Positions 33,011-44,163 of a stretch of DNA of 64,000 nt are shown one piece after another (positions within the stretch are counted from its first letter, which is position 1; each line of letters opens with the position of its first letter). Origin of the DNA: Macrostomum lignano (lineage: Eukaryota); contig NIVC01000222.1 of the NCBI GenBank assembly GCA_002269645.1, forward strand, positions 186,001 to 250,000, written 5' to 3'. The notes beneath the pieces are model-generated. The model had not been told where the DNA came from, did no database searches, and saw only the letters and a program-made list of their open reading frames with translations. The translations under genes and the position numbers were made by a program.

Positions 33011-36000
33011 ATGCAGCAGCTGGCCAGAATCAGCCGTAAGTCGCTGTCGCAGACACCGGCGGTGCTACTTCGCAGCCTGTCGTCATCTGCTCCCCAGGTG
33101 CCGCAGCCGCAGCGCAACCCGGAGGTGAAATTCAACAAACTCTTCATCAACAACGAATGGGTTGACGCCGTCTCCGGTAAGACTTTCCCGACGGTGAACC
33201 CAAGCACCGGTCAGGTGATCGCGGAGGTGGCCGAGGGTGACAAGGCCGATATCGACCGGGCTGTGGTCGCGGCTAGCGAGGCCTTCCGTCTGGGCTCTCC
33301 GTGGCGCAGGATGGACGCTTCGGGACGAGGTGTCCTGCTGAACCGGCTGGCTGACCTGATGGAGCGGGACAAGGTCTACTTGGCGGTGAGTCTGTTATAG
33401 CAAGAAGCTAAAAGCAGTGAAGAACTCAAAATTTAGAGTCGCCATCACAAAAGATTCCGTCTTTGGTCGCCACTTTTGAGAGTGCAGGTGAAGCCTCTCA
33501 ATCTTGCGAGTGACGCAAATTAGCTGCAGCGTCTATCGCCTGGCCAACCATTTTGATATTAAAAAATGCTTGAGAAAAACAATGGAAACCGGGCAGAAGC
33601 ATCAATCCATCCAGTCTTCGCCCTCCGCTCTTCCCAATCCCTCCTCACAATTCCCAATCCCTCCTCCTCTTCCCAATCCCTCGTCGCGTGGCGCAAAGTT
33701 GCGTCACTCAAAAGTCAATACTGAACAAGAATTTATTGGGCACTGTCAAAGGTGGCGCGCGACTTTTTAATGTTGTTGAGTATATTTCATAAACTAAACC
33801 AAAAAGTACACAATATAGTAAGGAGAGAGAGGAGAGAGGAGAGAGAGAGAGAGAGAGAGTCACCCTCAGTGCCAACTCAAAGCACCCTGAGTTGCTGTTC
33901 CCCCCCACCGCTAGCAAGCTGCACATTCAAAATAGGCTTGTATGATTTAAGGTGTCGCTTGGTTTTCCCTATGTAGGCAACGCTCTGATCACCATAGCAA
34001 CGGAATTGATAGGCAACATCTGCCTTGAGGGGAAGAGGCACAATTCTAACTTAAGTCTGCTAGCAAACCGACCAAGTCTTTGAGAAGATCGATCTTCTGA
34101 AAGATCTTATTGAAATCTTGAAAGAATTATTTGAGAAGATTCTTATATTGTGATTAAAGGTAATTCAGTAAACAAGATATGATGATGAAAGCATTTACCC
34201 AGCTTCCGCCGGATGTCTGTCATATCAAAAGCACAACTGACGCATCCTTTTCGTTCCTTTAAACAACAGTCCTGCAATTTTTAATGCTTCAATTGGTGGC
34301 TTACTTCTTACTTTTTTCTTGGATTGTCCAGGGTTTAAGTATAAAATCCTCAACCCAATTCCTTTATAAGATTTTATTAATCCTCATTATACTCGTTGTG
34401 TTCAATCAAATTTAGTCAAAGTCACCACATTGCAGTCGCTTGAATCTCTCGACAATGGCAAGCCGTATACAAATTCATTTCTGGCTGATGTTGAATTGAG
34501 CATCAAATGCTACCGGTGAGTTTTTCAGTTAGTAGTATAATGCGAAAGTCTCTATTTTCAGGAGCTTTTACAGTTTATTATATGCGCTTACTTCATTTTA
34601 CTTTAATATTAGCAAGTAAAAGGCGGCTGTACATGAGCGTGAGCGTGAGCGTGAGCGTGAGCGTGAGCGTGAGCGTGAGCGTGAGCGTGAGCGTGAGCGT
34701 GAGCGTGAGCGTGAGCGTGAGCGTGAGCGTGAGCGTGAGCGTGAGCGTGAGCGTGAGCGTGAGCGTGAGCGTGAGCGTGAGCGTGAGCGTGAGCGTGAGC
34801 GTGAGCGTGAGCGTGAGCGTGAGCGTGAGCGTGAGCGTGAGCGTGAGCGTGAGCGTGAGCGTGAGCGTGAGCGTGAGCGTGAGCGTGAGCGTGAGCGTGT
34901 GTATGAGTTTGTATGAGTGTGTATGAGTGTGTATGAGTGTGTATGAGTGTGTATGAGTGTGTATGAGTGTGTATGTGTGTATGAGTGTGTATGAGTGTGT
35001 ATGAGTGTGTATGAGTGTGTATGAGTGTGTATGAGTGTGTATGAGTGTTAGCAGAATGGAGTTAGCAGAATGGAGTTAGCAGAATGGGAAGAACATCTTC
35101 GAGTCACAGTCATCTCATATTGATCGAATCCTAAGGTACTACGCTGGCTGGGCCAACAAAAACCACGGCAAGACGATCCCAATTGACGGCGAGGGATTCT
35201 GCTTCACTCGTCACGAGCCCGTTGGAGTTTGCGGCCAAATCATCCCGTGGAATTTCCCCCTGCTGATGCAGGCCTGGAAGCTGGGCCCGGCGCTCAGCAT
35301 GGGCAACACCGTGGTGATGAAGACGGCTGAGCAGACACCGCTGACTGGGAACTACATAGCCCAGCTGACCAAGGAGGCTGGTTTCCCCCCGGGCGTGGTT
35401 AATATTGTGTCGGGATTCGGGCCTACGGCGGGAGCTGCTCTAGCCAAGCATAACGATGTAGATAAGGTGATTTGATAGCTGCTCTGTCTCGTATTCTTTG
35501 CGATGCTTTTGGTTCCGTACCCTCTAAAGCAAGTATTGCTTAGTCTGACATCGATTAGCAAGTTATTTGGCATTCTTAACAAATGCAGTACAGCAGTTAT
35601 TATTGCTCAAACTAAGCCGTTTATTATTCATATTCGAGGCAAGGGCGGTGTGCACCATGGCGAATTTTAAGCGATATCACCATTCAACCGGCGAGAGGCA
35701 TAACTGCTCATTCCGCCGACTCCTCTGAGAATGCACACACCGTCGAAATTTCACAATATCGAAATACACTGGAGAGATACATATAAGGAGACCCCGCGAG
35801 CCCGAAAATTTGGGTTTATGAAATTTCTAGCTTATGAAAGACAGCGTCTTTCGACGTTGTGAAATTTGGGTTCGGGAAACGGACCCCACCGAGATTATTC
35901 CAATTTAGCCTCAAATTAATGTGACTGCAATTGGAATCGAGCCTGGGCCGCTGGCACATCAGAGCGTTGTTCTAGACCACTGGACTACGGCCCCTCAAAC

Positions 36001-38062
36001 TCAACCATAGAAGAACTGCATAGTTATCCTGCATATGCATTTCGTCCTTCATATAAGGCTTTTTTAACCCGGCCGGCACATTCTCCCTCAGATTGCCTTC
36101 ACTGGCAGCACCGAGGTCGGTCGGCTCATTCCCCAGTACGCCGGCCAGAGCAACCTGAAGCGCATCACCCTCGAACTCGGCGGCAAGAGTCCAAATGTAA
36201 TCTTCGCCGACGCCGATCTTGAGTACGCAGTTGAGAAGTCGCACTTTGCACTGTTCTTCAACCAGGGCCAGTGCTGCACCGCTGGCAGCAGGACATTCGT
36301 TGAAGAGTCCATCTACGACAAGTTCGTCGAGATGAGCGTCGAACGAGCCAAGAAGCGCACAGTTGGCGATCCGTTCGACTTCAACACGGAACAGGGACCA
36401 CAGATTGACAACGAACAGATGAGCAAGATCTTGGAACTGATCAATAGCGGCAAAAGTCAGGGCGCCAAGCTGCTCACCGGAGGCGGTAGGCATGGCGATG
36501 CCGGGTTCTTTGTCCAACCGACCGTGTTCTCTGACGTTAAGGTTAGAGTAGTACATGTAGACTGCATGCTTGAATAGCAATAAAGTCATAGGCCTAATTT
36601 AAGGGTGTTGCTACAGTGTCAGTAAGACTAGGCGTTGATGATGTCACTTGGACCTCGATACAGTAACACGTTGGTGACTCTTAGCTTGAGGGCAATACTA
36701 AAGTGCCTTAGCTAGCTGTATTGAATACGAATGCATGCACTGATCTATTGCCCTTTCAAATACTTCAGGACGAGATGCGAATCGCTCAGGAAGAGATCTT
36801 CGGCCCCGTAATGCAGATTCTCAAGTTCAAGTCTACAGACGAGCTGCTTGAACGCGCCAACAGGACAATGTACGGCCTCGCGGCTGGAGTGTTTACACGC
36901 GATCTAGACAAGGCGATGCACGTTATGCAGGTGTGAAAGTGACACCTTCTGATGAGCTTATGATGGATCCTAAGAGATGGAAGTCTCCGTGTATGCAGTG
37001 ATTTGAGTCTAGAGTTGATGAGAGTGTAATAAGGTAGAGTAGAGTGCGTTATCCATTGATTCGATTAAGGTAGATTAAAGTTAAATGGATTCCAGTAGAA
37101 TACAAGCAGAGTATGGCATATTTTGTATGAGTACGTCAGGGATAACTAAAGTAAAACAAAATAGAAAAAAATCTTTAAAAATACTAGATTTAAGTAGACT
37201 AAACTAGGCCTAAAAAACGAGCAGGTAAAACTAGAATATCTCCGATTAAAACGTACCCGTTAAAACGTAAAACGTTTTTTATTAATTAAAAATTACTAAT
37301 TTTAAGAGCCTGACGATGCCTGACGCGAGGCGAAACATGTCGCATAAAAAATGATAGCGCTTACCTTCTTAATTCTACGATTTTATAACTGACGTGACGC
37401 GCGTCTGACGTTACTTGACAACATTCGCCTCTTCGTAGCGTTTGAGTCGTTAAAAAGTCACGAGAGTTGCCCCAGAGTCACTAGAGTTATTTGCAATGAC
37501 TCTTTAGCAATTCTTGTCATGGTAACGTCTTCAACTGGATCATCATTACCAGGTCCGTAGACACTATGGCCATTGATGCACCCATTTTCGACAGCGACTC
37601 CTTCGAGAAGATCTGGTGATAATGAGAAATCCTCGCCATCTCCTTCGATCCAAGGCTATCCAGCTGCACAATCCTGTCTTCACTCCATTCCTTCAGATTG
37701 TCACCTTGCGGCCTGCCTTTCCCGCATCATCACTCAACACCACCTTCAACCACAGCCTTTAGCACTCCATCAATTCTCACAACACGCCTGAATAAGCGGA
37801 ATTTCCTTTCTAGTTAAACTTAAATGTCATTGAATTCATGACACTAAAATTGTTCGTTTAAACAATAGAACTCCGTTTAATCATCATGCAGGGCCTTCGC
37901 GCCGGCACGGTGTGGATCAACGACTACGACTACTTCGATGCTGGGGCTCCGTTCGGCGGCTTCAAAATGTCCGGCAGCGGCCGCGAGCTCGGCGAATACG
38001 GCCTGCAGGCCTACACGGAGGTCAAGACAGTCACCATGCGGGTGCCGCAGAAGAACAGCTAG
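33011..38062 (+). CDS. ALDH2: Mitochondrial aldehyde dehydrogenase (ALDH2/ALDH1-family), 522 aa
   Basis: Exons 33011-33385, 34436-34515, 35136-35466, 36092-36541, 36769-36930, 37892-38062, all in phase. Basic N-terminal transit-like peptide; motifs [24 protein letters not shown] (catalytic Glu), GQCCTAGSR (catalytic Cys), [21 protein letters not shown]. Confidence 0.95.
34634..35047. repeat. (GAGCGT)n followed by (GTATGAGTGT)n
   Basis: Compound microsatellite in ALDH2 intron 2, switching unit near 34899. Confidence 0.96.
37300..37350 (+). ncRNA. Minimal type I hammerhead-ribozyme-like motif (Penelope-type)
   Basis: CTGACGA (37310-37316), T, stem GCC/GGC around loop tgacgcga, GAAAC, palindromic ACATGT, cleavage triplet GTC (37339-37341). 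Helix I is weak. Confidence 0.5.
37395..37545 (-). mobile_element. Dispersed repeat family X, partial inverted copy
   Basis: Reverse complement matches 5375-5580 (gttacc.tgacaaga...cattgcaaa...ttaacgactcaa). Confidence 0.55.
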
Positions 38063-38682
38063 CTAGAAAACAAACTGAGCTGTGACTTGAAATTTAAACT
38101 GTCAGACTATTTTCATCACTGCGTACGAATACTACAGCAGTAAACCTCTCGATACCTGGTGAATTTTTTTGTCAAATTAAAACAATTAATTTATTCATTC
38201 AATTTCATAAAGATTAAATAAATTACTCTGTGGAAGCTATCAAGTTATAATCTTATTTAGTGCGGTTACAGGCAAAAAATATTCTGATCACACGTCTTTA
38301 ACTGTATTTAGCCTCCTTTTACGCCAGATGTACGAGTATGCCTACGCTCGTAATCGCTCTTTTATTGGCGTTTTAAACGAGTATTCACAAATTTTATTAA
38401 TATTAGTTAACGCGATACTATACCTCTGAATTGTCTTTATAAGTGAAAAGTTCAAAAAATGACCCAGTTTACTTTCTGAAATAACTTCCTTGTCAGTAAG
38501 CTTTACAGGCGGAAATAAAAACTGACGAGAATCAATAACAATGTAGAGCTTGATATTGAACCTGTTTTGATATGGAAACATACGTAGACAGTAGCATTAT
38601 TTTTTAAAGTTTATTCACAGTTCTGTTTTTCCCCAAGTGTTAAGTTCCATCGGCCAACTTTTGTCACACCTTTGTTTTTTCA

Positions 38683-39663
38683 TCATGTCGCCTCAAAAGC
38701 CAGATGAAGAATAGACTGGTGCTCTGAAGACTCCAGCATCTCCGAACACTCACCTACAGTCTTGTCGTCTTCTTCTCGTACAGATTGAGCTAAGTCAGTT
38801 ATATCTGACGCTGAGCCTTCTACTTCAAGTAGTATTTCAGTTGCAGAAGCGTCAGTCGAGACGTTTGGTTCTGCATCTTGTTGTTTGAACGAGTCAGAAC
38901 GATAAGTTCTTGGACGGGGCACTGGAGGAGAATTCGAAGCTGGCTTTGTATGCATTTCAGCAGTTGATGAAGCTTCTGGCGAGTCGGCGCTGGAGTCTTC
39001 TTGTGCGGACAATGAGCCAAAGGTTCTTGGACGAGGCACCGGAAGAGGAGCTGGAGATAGCGTCTGCAGCTCTGTCGGCTCGGATGGCATCATCATGCTG
39101 AAATCTGGTGGCAGCGTATTCAACCTTCTGTCGCGTCCCCGCTGGCCAGCTTCCTTCAACTGCTTCAGCTTTCGCTGGTAGCGATCCACGAGTTGTTCAG
39201 CCTCTGCCAGGCGCAGGACCAGCTCCTTCTGGTCTCGCCGCGACTCTCGCAGCCGAGCTTTCGCCTGCATGAGCTCCTGCTGATGCGCTACAAGATCGTT
39301 CAACATTGCTTCAGCGTGAGATTCAGAGTCGTTTTTGCTCTCTTTGAGCTCCGCAATGCTTCTGTTAGCTTGTTTGGTCTCCTCTTTAGCGGCATTCTTA
39401 TCTGCTTGAAGTTGTTCAAGTTGCGCCTTAAGATAAGCCAGCTCGTCCTTCTCTGTGCAGTCTGATGAGGCAAAGAAAATCTTAGTCAGGTCGGTGGTCA
39501 CATCGGAAATGCTGCGACGGCACTGGGCGCACACCGGCCGCTGTTCAAGCCACGGCAGGGCGCACTCCTGGTGAAACACGTGACCGCAGGGCAGCGCCAC
39601 GCATTCGATGCTTGAGTCGGCATCGTCCAGTCGGTTTAGACAGATTGGGCAGATTAGAGGCAT
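38683..39663 (-). CDS. Intronless RING-H2 plus coiled-coil E3 ubiquitin ligase, TRAIP-like N-terminus (326 aa)
   Basis: CPIC...PCGHVFHQEC..WL....CAQCR then TKIFF; heptad-rich helix; acidic, Pro-rich tail. Confidence 0.88.
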   Translation of the reverse strand: MPLICPICLNRLDDADSSIECVALPCGHVFHQECALPWLEQRPVCAQCRRSISDVTTDLTKIFFASSDCTEKDELAYLKAQLEQLQADKNAAKEETKQANRSIAELKESKNDSESHAEAMLNDLVAHQQELMQAKARLRESRRDQKELVLRLAEAEQLVDRYQRKLKQLKEAGQRGRDRRLNTLPPDFSMMMPSEPTELQTLSPAPLPVPRPRTFGSLSAQEDSSADSPEASSTAEMHTKPASNSPPVPRPRTYRSDSFKQQDAEPNVSTDASATEILLEVEGSASDITDLAQSVREEDDKTVGECSEMLESSEHQSILHLAFEAT

Positions 39664-40044
39664 TTTTGGGTCATGTTAAGTAAGTAAGCAGCTTGAAAAT
39701 TTTGCTTTTGTATTTACGTCTATCCTTTTTTATATCGCTTCGTGTTTACGTCTATCATACCGTTTTAGAAAGCGAGTGACAGTATCCCAGATTCCACACT
39801 CGCCTGTCCAACTCAGCGGCACAATGTACGCAGATAAAGCAAACAAGACAGAATTTCGAACAATAGAAAGCTCAGGAGTAAGTGCTCAAAATAAGAGGAG
39901 ATGTTCGCAAGTTTAATGCTCCAGTATCTAACTGACACGAAAGCAGAGTTTCGACCTCATTGATATAAAATTAGTTAAATATACTTACAGTCCTTAAAGC
40001 CTGAAATATTGATGTAGCTTATTTGTGCTATGGCATTGGGGGGG

Positions 40045-40320
40045 GGGGGTTGTAGCCTAGTGGTTAGAGCGTCGGACTCACGTCTTGAAGGTCGGGGGCT
40101 CGATTCCCGGATCCCACAAGAACAATTTGTGTCCTTGAGCAAGACACAACTCTGTATTGCTTCAGTTCACTCAGCTGTAAAATGGGTGCCAACATTAGCT
40201 GGGTAAATTGAGGGTGTGTGGTGACCCTCTAGTCCTTGAACTGGGTCATCAGATGCGCCACGCAATAGCTGCGCCTGAGCTGTCGGTTGCACCCAATCGG
40301 GTCAGGTGTAATAAAAAAAC
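40045..40320 (+). mobile_element. tRNA-derived SINE family A, near full length
   Basis: A-box tagcctagtggttagagc, B-box ggctcgattcc, CORE-like gtgtccttgagcaagacac...cagctgtaaaatgggtgcc, A-rich tail. Confidence 0.88.
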
Positions 40321-41467
40321 TAAAAAATATGGCTATGCGTAAGCAAATAGACGCGTTTTGAAAAAAAGTTCTCTGCAATGAAGTTCAATGCGAAATATTT
40401 ACTAACTCGATTGGCGTACTCAGATGGGGCCAGGGCGGCCACCCAATCTCCGATGTAAATTAAAGAGGCAACCATGTTCGACGATTGACTGGAGCTTAAC
40501 TTTTGTCACCTCTTGGACATTGCATTCCCGTCCTAGGAGACAGTAGTAGGGGCCCACCAAAAGACAAAGGCGGTCATCAAGAGACAGGACGCCCACCAAG
40601 AGACAGGGGCGTCCACTAAGAGTCAGGGGCGCCAACAAAAAGACAGGGGGCGCCCACCAAGGGCTGAAAATATCCCTCGGGAAAGATCTACATCGTATGT
40701 AAAGTAAGGAATTGATAGATTGCATTTTACTACAAGGGACAAGGAAATTAAGGTAAAAATCTTGATTTTTAATTGCATTTGCATCTATTTACGCAGCCTA
40801 TAGGCTACGAAAATTTGATTAACAGCTAAAAAACAAACACAAACGTCCGAAAATATGTACTATACTCTATAAGTTTAATAGTACATTTGGGTGCTTCCCT
40901 ATACCAGCGTATGGGATGGAAGACGAAAATCCGCTGAATCAGATGATGGATTTGTCATGGATTTATAGCGTCCTTCTACTTCACTTTTCAATGACTATAG
41001 ACATGTAGAGTTCAAGAAATTATATAAAGACATTCAAACGATGTCAATATTACTTGCTGCAGATTTTCGAAAGTAGTAAAATATGTAAATATATATTTAT
41101 ACTTAGTATAAATACTTAGAATAAATATATAGAAATTCAACGTAAGATCTATTTTGGGACTTAATGAACTGCAGGGCTGTACATTTTACATCTACAGAAT
41201 ACTGTCTATCCAAGCACTTTGCCGGCTCTAAGAAGAGGCGAAAGAGCAGGTGAAAGAGAGCATTTTCTGCAATAAAGAGCATTTTATTTTGTACACTAGC
41301 TATCTGTACAGTACTTGCGATAGCGAAGCCTTGTCCTAAACCCAACAACGCCAGCAGACAGATAGCAATGCAAATTTTTCTATTTAGTCCTGCCATTTGG
41401 CACAAACGGACAAGCACCATGAGCTGCTGCAAAGTTTCTTTGGCATAATTAAATTACACGCAACAAA

Positions 41468-42784
41468 ATGACCTCCGTGATTTGTGTAATCTGTCTAGAA
41501 GGCGAGAACACCGAATGGTCGACTCTGCCATGCGGCCACGTGTTTCACAAGGCTTGCCTGGAACAGTGGCTCAACCAGGACGCCTCCTGCCCGCACTGCA
41601 AGCGTCGCCTGCTGCATTCACGAGGCGCCGCTATGCGGATCTACTTTGCCAGCGAGAACGATCGGGAACAGTTACGGCACCAGAGTGAGGCCGCAACGTC
41701 GGTTGATGAAGAACGCGACCAGCTCAGGGAGATGCTGTTCATGGAGTCGCAGGAGAGGCAGGTGGCTCTGAACCAAGCTAACGATAGCGAGAAAACCATT
41801 GCTAAGCTTCGAGACGAAAGGAATCGCGAAGCGCAACAGCTGCATCAGTTCTCAATCGACTACGAGAACCTCCAAATGCTGATGATCAACAAGGACGAGC
41901 AGATAAAGGAGGCAAAGCGTCTGACTGCTCTGCAACAGAGGGAGAGCCAAGAGCTAATCAGCCAGCTGCAGATTGCTAATCAGTCGCTGAACGAGAACTC
42001 TGCCCAACTCAACCAAAGACTGCGCTCAGCTGAACAAAAAAACAGCGAACTTCGAGTACAGCTCGACTCGCTTCAAGCAGCTGGAAATTCTTCTGCATCG
42101 AGACTGCAGGCGAAGCAAGAGAATCTGGAACTTCAGGTGGCAGAGCTGCAGTCATCCGTAGAGTTTTACAAGCTCCAGCTGGAGTCGAAGCAGCGCGACA
42201 GACAGATGGAAGCAACTCAGCTCAGGGAAGAATTAGAAAATCTCAAAGCCACCTATTCGCGCCTGCGAACTACGGCTAACGAAGAAATTAACGCACTGAA
42301 GCAACGTAACGCTTCCGCAGAAGTTACCATCACGGATTCGAATGCCAGGGTTCGTGCTGCAGATGAAAGATTTGAACGATTGGAGCGTGAGAACACGGCT
42401 CTGAGGAATCGTTTGCAGACGCAGGAGCTGCAGATGCAGAGACTGCAAGCTGGCGAAGATCAACCAGCTGGTGCAGTCGGCTGGATCGAGCCGCCACCGA
42501 CATACGAGCAACCGGATGTAGTAGCAGCAACTGACGAGGGTCAAGACAACTTCTCTGGCTTTCCCGTATTTACGCGAGTTGAAAACAACTGGGAGCAGAA
42601 GCAACGCCAACCGCAGTCGAGTAGAGCCATTCAGAGAAGTACTCCAAATCTGCAACGAGCCGTTCAAGAAGAGGAGGGTGCAGAAAATGTTTATTACGCC
42701 TCACTGACCGATGATGCCAGAGCTGCAGACCGTGCAGTCAGGAAGGCAAAAGCGAAGAACAGCCGAAAGTGCAGACAAATGTAA
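41468..42784 (+). CDS. Intronless RING-H2 plus long coiled-coil E3 ubiquitin ligase, TRAIP-like N-terminus (438 aa)
   Basis: CVIC...PCGHVFHKAC..WL....CPHCK then MRIYF; about 250 aa of coiled coil; uninterrupted ORF. Confidence 0.9.
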   Translation: MTSVICVICLEGENTEWSTLPCGHVFHKACLEQWLNQDASCPHCKRRLLHSRGAAMRIYFASENDREQLRHQSEAATSVDEERDQLREMLFMESQERQVALNQANDSEKTIAKLRDERNREAQQLHQFSIDYENLQMLMINKDEQIKEAKRLTALQQRESQELISQLQIANQSLNENSAQLNQRLRSAEQKNSELRVQLDSLQAAGNSSASRLQAKQENLELQVAELQSSVEFYKLQLESKQRDRQMEATQLREELENLKATYSRLRTTANEEINALKQRNASAEVTITDSNARVRAADERFERLERENTALRNRLQTQELQMQRLQAGEDQPAGAVGWIEPPPTYEQPDVVAATDEGQDNFSGFPVFTRVENNWEQKQRQPQSSRAIQRSTPNLQRAVQEEEGAENVYYASLTDDARAADRAVRKAKAKNSRKCRQM

Positions 42785-42939
42785 GGGAGTATTGAGCCAC
42801 GCAATCATCACCTGAAGAAGACCAATCATTTAGTTTAAAAGTAATTGCTTATTTATATAGTTAATAGTGTCCAAACTGTGCATATTTATAATTGTTTCTA
42901 TCGTAAATAATACTGCGAAATAAATAATGCGGTATTTTT

Positions 42940-43612
42940 GGCTACCGGACATTTGCCCTCCGGCATTTGCCCTCCGGACATTTGCCCTCCGGCATTTCCC
43001 CTCCGGACATTTGCCCTCGAGGACATTTGCCCTCCGGGACATTTCCCCTCCGGACATTTGCCCTCCGGACATTTCCCCTCGGGGACATTTGCCCTCCGGG
43101 ACATTTCCCCTCCGGACATTTGCCCTCCGGACATTTCCCCTCGGGGACATTTGCCCTCGGGGACATTTGCCCTCCGGACATTTGCCCTCCGGACATTTCC
43201 CCTCTGGAAAAGTACAGGTAAGGCTGGGGATAGGGTAGGGCGCGGGTATATATTGCTTACTAGAAAAGGATGAGTTGTTGGCTGGAGAAGAACCTGATGG
43301 ATGCAAGAGGCGGGAGGATGAGGTTGGTGCTGGAGGAACGACGGGTGGGTACAGGAGGAGGTGAGGTGAGTAATGTGCGAGGGGGTAAATTTGCAGAGGG
43401 CAAATGTGCGGAGGGGAAATGTCCGGAGGGCAAATGTCCGGAGAGCAAATGTCCCCGAGGGCAAATGTCCCCGAGGGGAAATGTCCGGAGGGCAAATGTC
43501 CGGAGGGGAAATGTCCCGGAGGGCAAATGTCCGGAGGGCAAACGCCGCCGAGGGGAAGTGCCGGAGGGCAAGTGCCGGAGGGGAAGTGCCGGAGGGCAAA
43601 TGTCCGGAAGCG
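42940..43612. mobile_element. Mutator-like fold-back MITE with a 9-bp TSD
   Basis: Arms of tandem ccggacatttgccct units (42940-43205) and their reverse complement (43380-43612); TSD GGTATTTTT at 42931-42939 and 43613-43621. Confidence 0.85.
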
Positions 43613-44163
43613 GGTATTTTTATTATACTTGTATAGCCTGTTTAAGATTACAGGTGTGTGAAGACGAATTATTTTAACCCTAAACTCCAGGGGCAGGGCA
43701 GCTCAGCGTTAAACGCGTCTGACTGTTTTAGGAATTAGGAATCGAAATTAGGAATTTCATGACGTTTAAAAAATTAAATAAAGAAAACAAAGCTCAAGTC
43801 TCTGTGAAGTTCTACAAAGTAATAACGTCGCATTTCAATTATCGATTGCTTCAAAGAGTTTTAGTAACGCCGTGGTTTTTCACTATCGTCATAACCAGCT
43901 CGTACATGCATTGTAGTTCGGTGTAGATCAAAAAAGCAAAATTTGTGTAGCATATGCGCTTTACAAGCAGACTGTGTAAATGTTGACATAATGCCAAAGC
44001 TCAAAGTGAAACTGCACGAGCCAGGAAATTAATCTTCCATTGAGTAGAAAATCTTTTAACGGCAGGAATCCAGGATGCTGGATGAACGTATAAAAAGGAA
44101 TAAACTTTGTTTCACTTGGCTGGCAGAAGTAACTGTTATAAGCAAAGCTTCATCACCCTGAAA

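Noticed and set aside
34507-34926. Poly(SV) ORF
   Set aside because: Translation of (GAGCGT)n inside an ALDH2 intron.
35972-36589. 205-aa minus-strand ORF
   Set aside because: Antisense shadow of ALDH2 exon 4, a common result of codon bias.
40045-40110. tRNA gene (also 29366, 49788, 50165)
   Set aside because: A and B boxes are present, but there is no closable acceptor stem and the sequence continues into a shared SINE body.
41103-41432. 109-aa hydrophobic minus-strand ORF between the RING genes
   Set aside because: AT-rich, no recognisable motif, and it occupies the likely promoter of the + strand RING gene.
42830-43677. Cluster of overlapping Cys/Pro/Gly-rich ORFs (PEGKC, DICPP)
   Set aside because: All derive from the tandem arms of the fold-back MITE.
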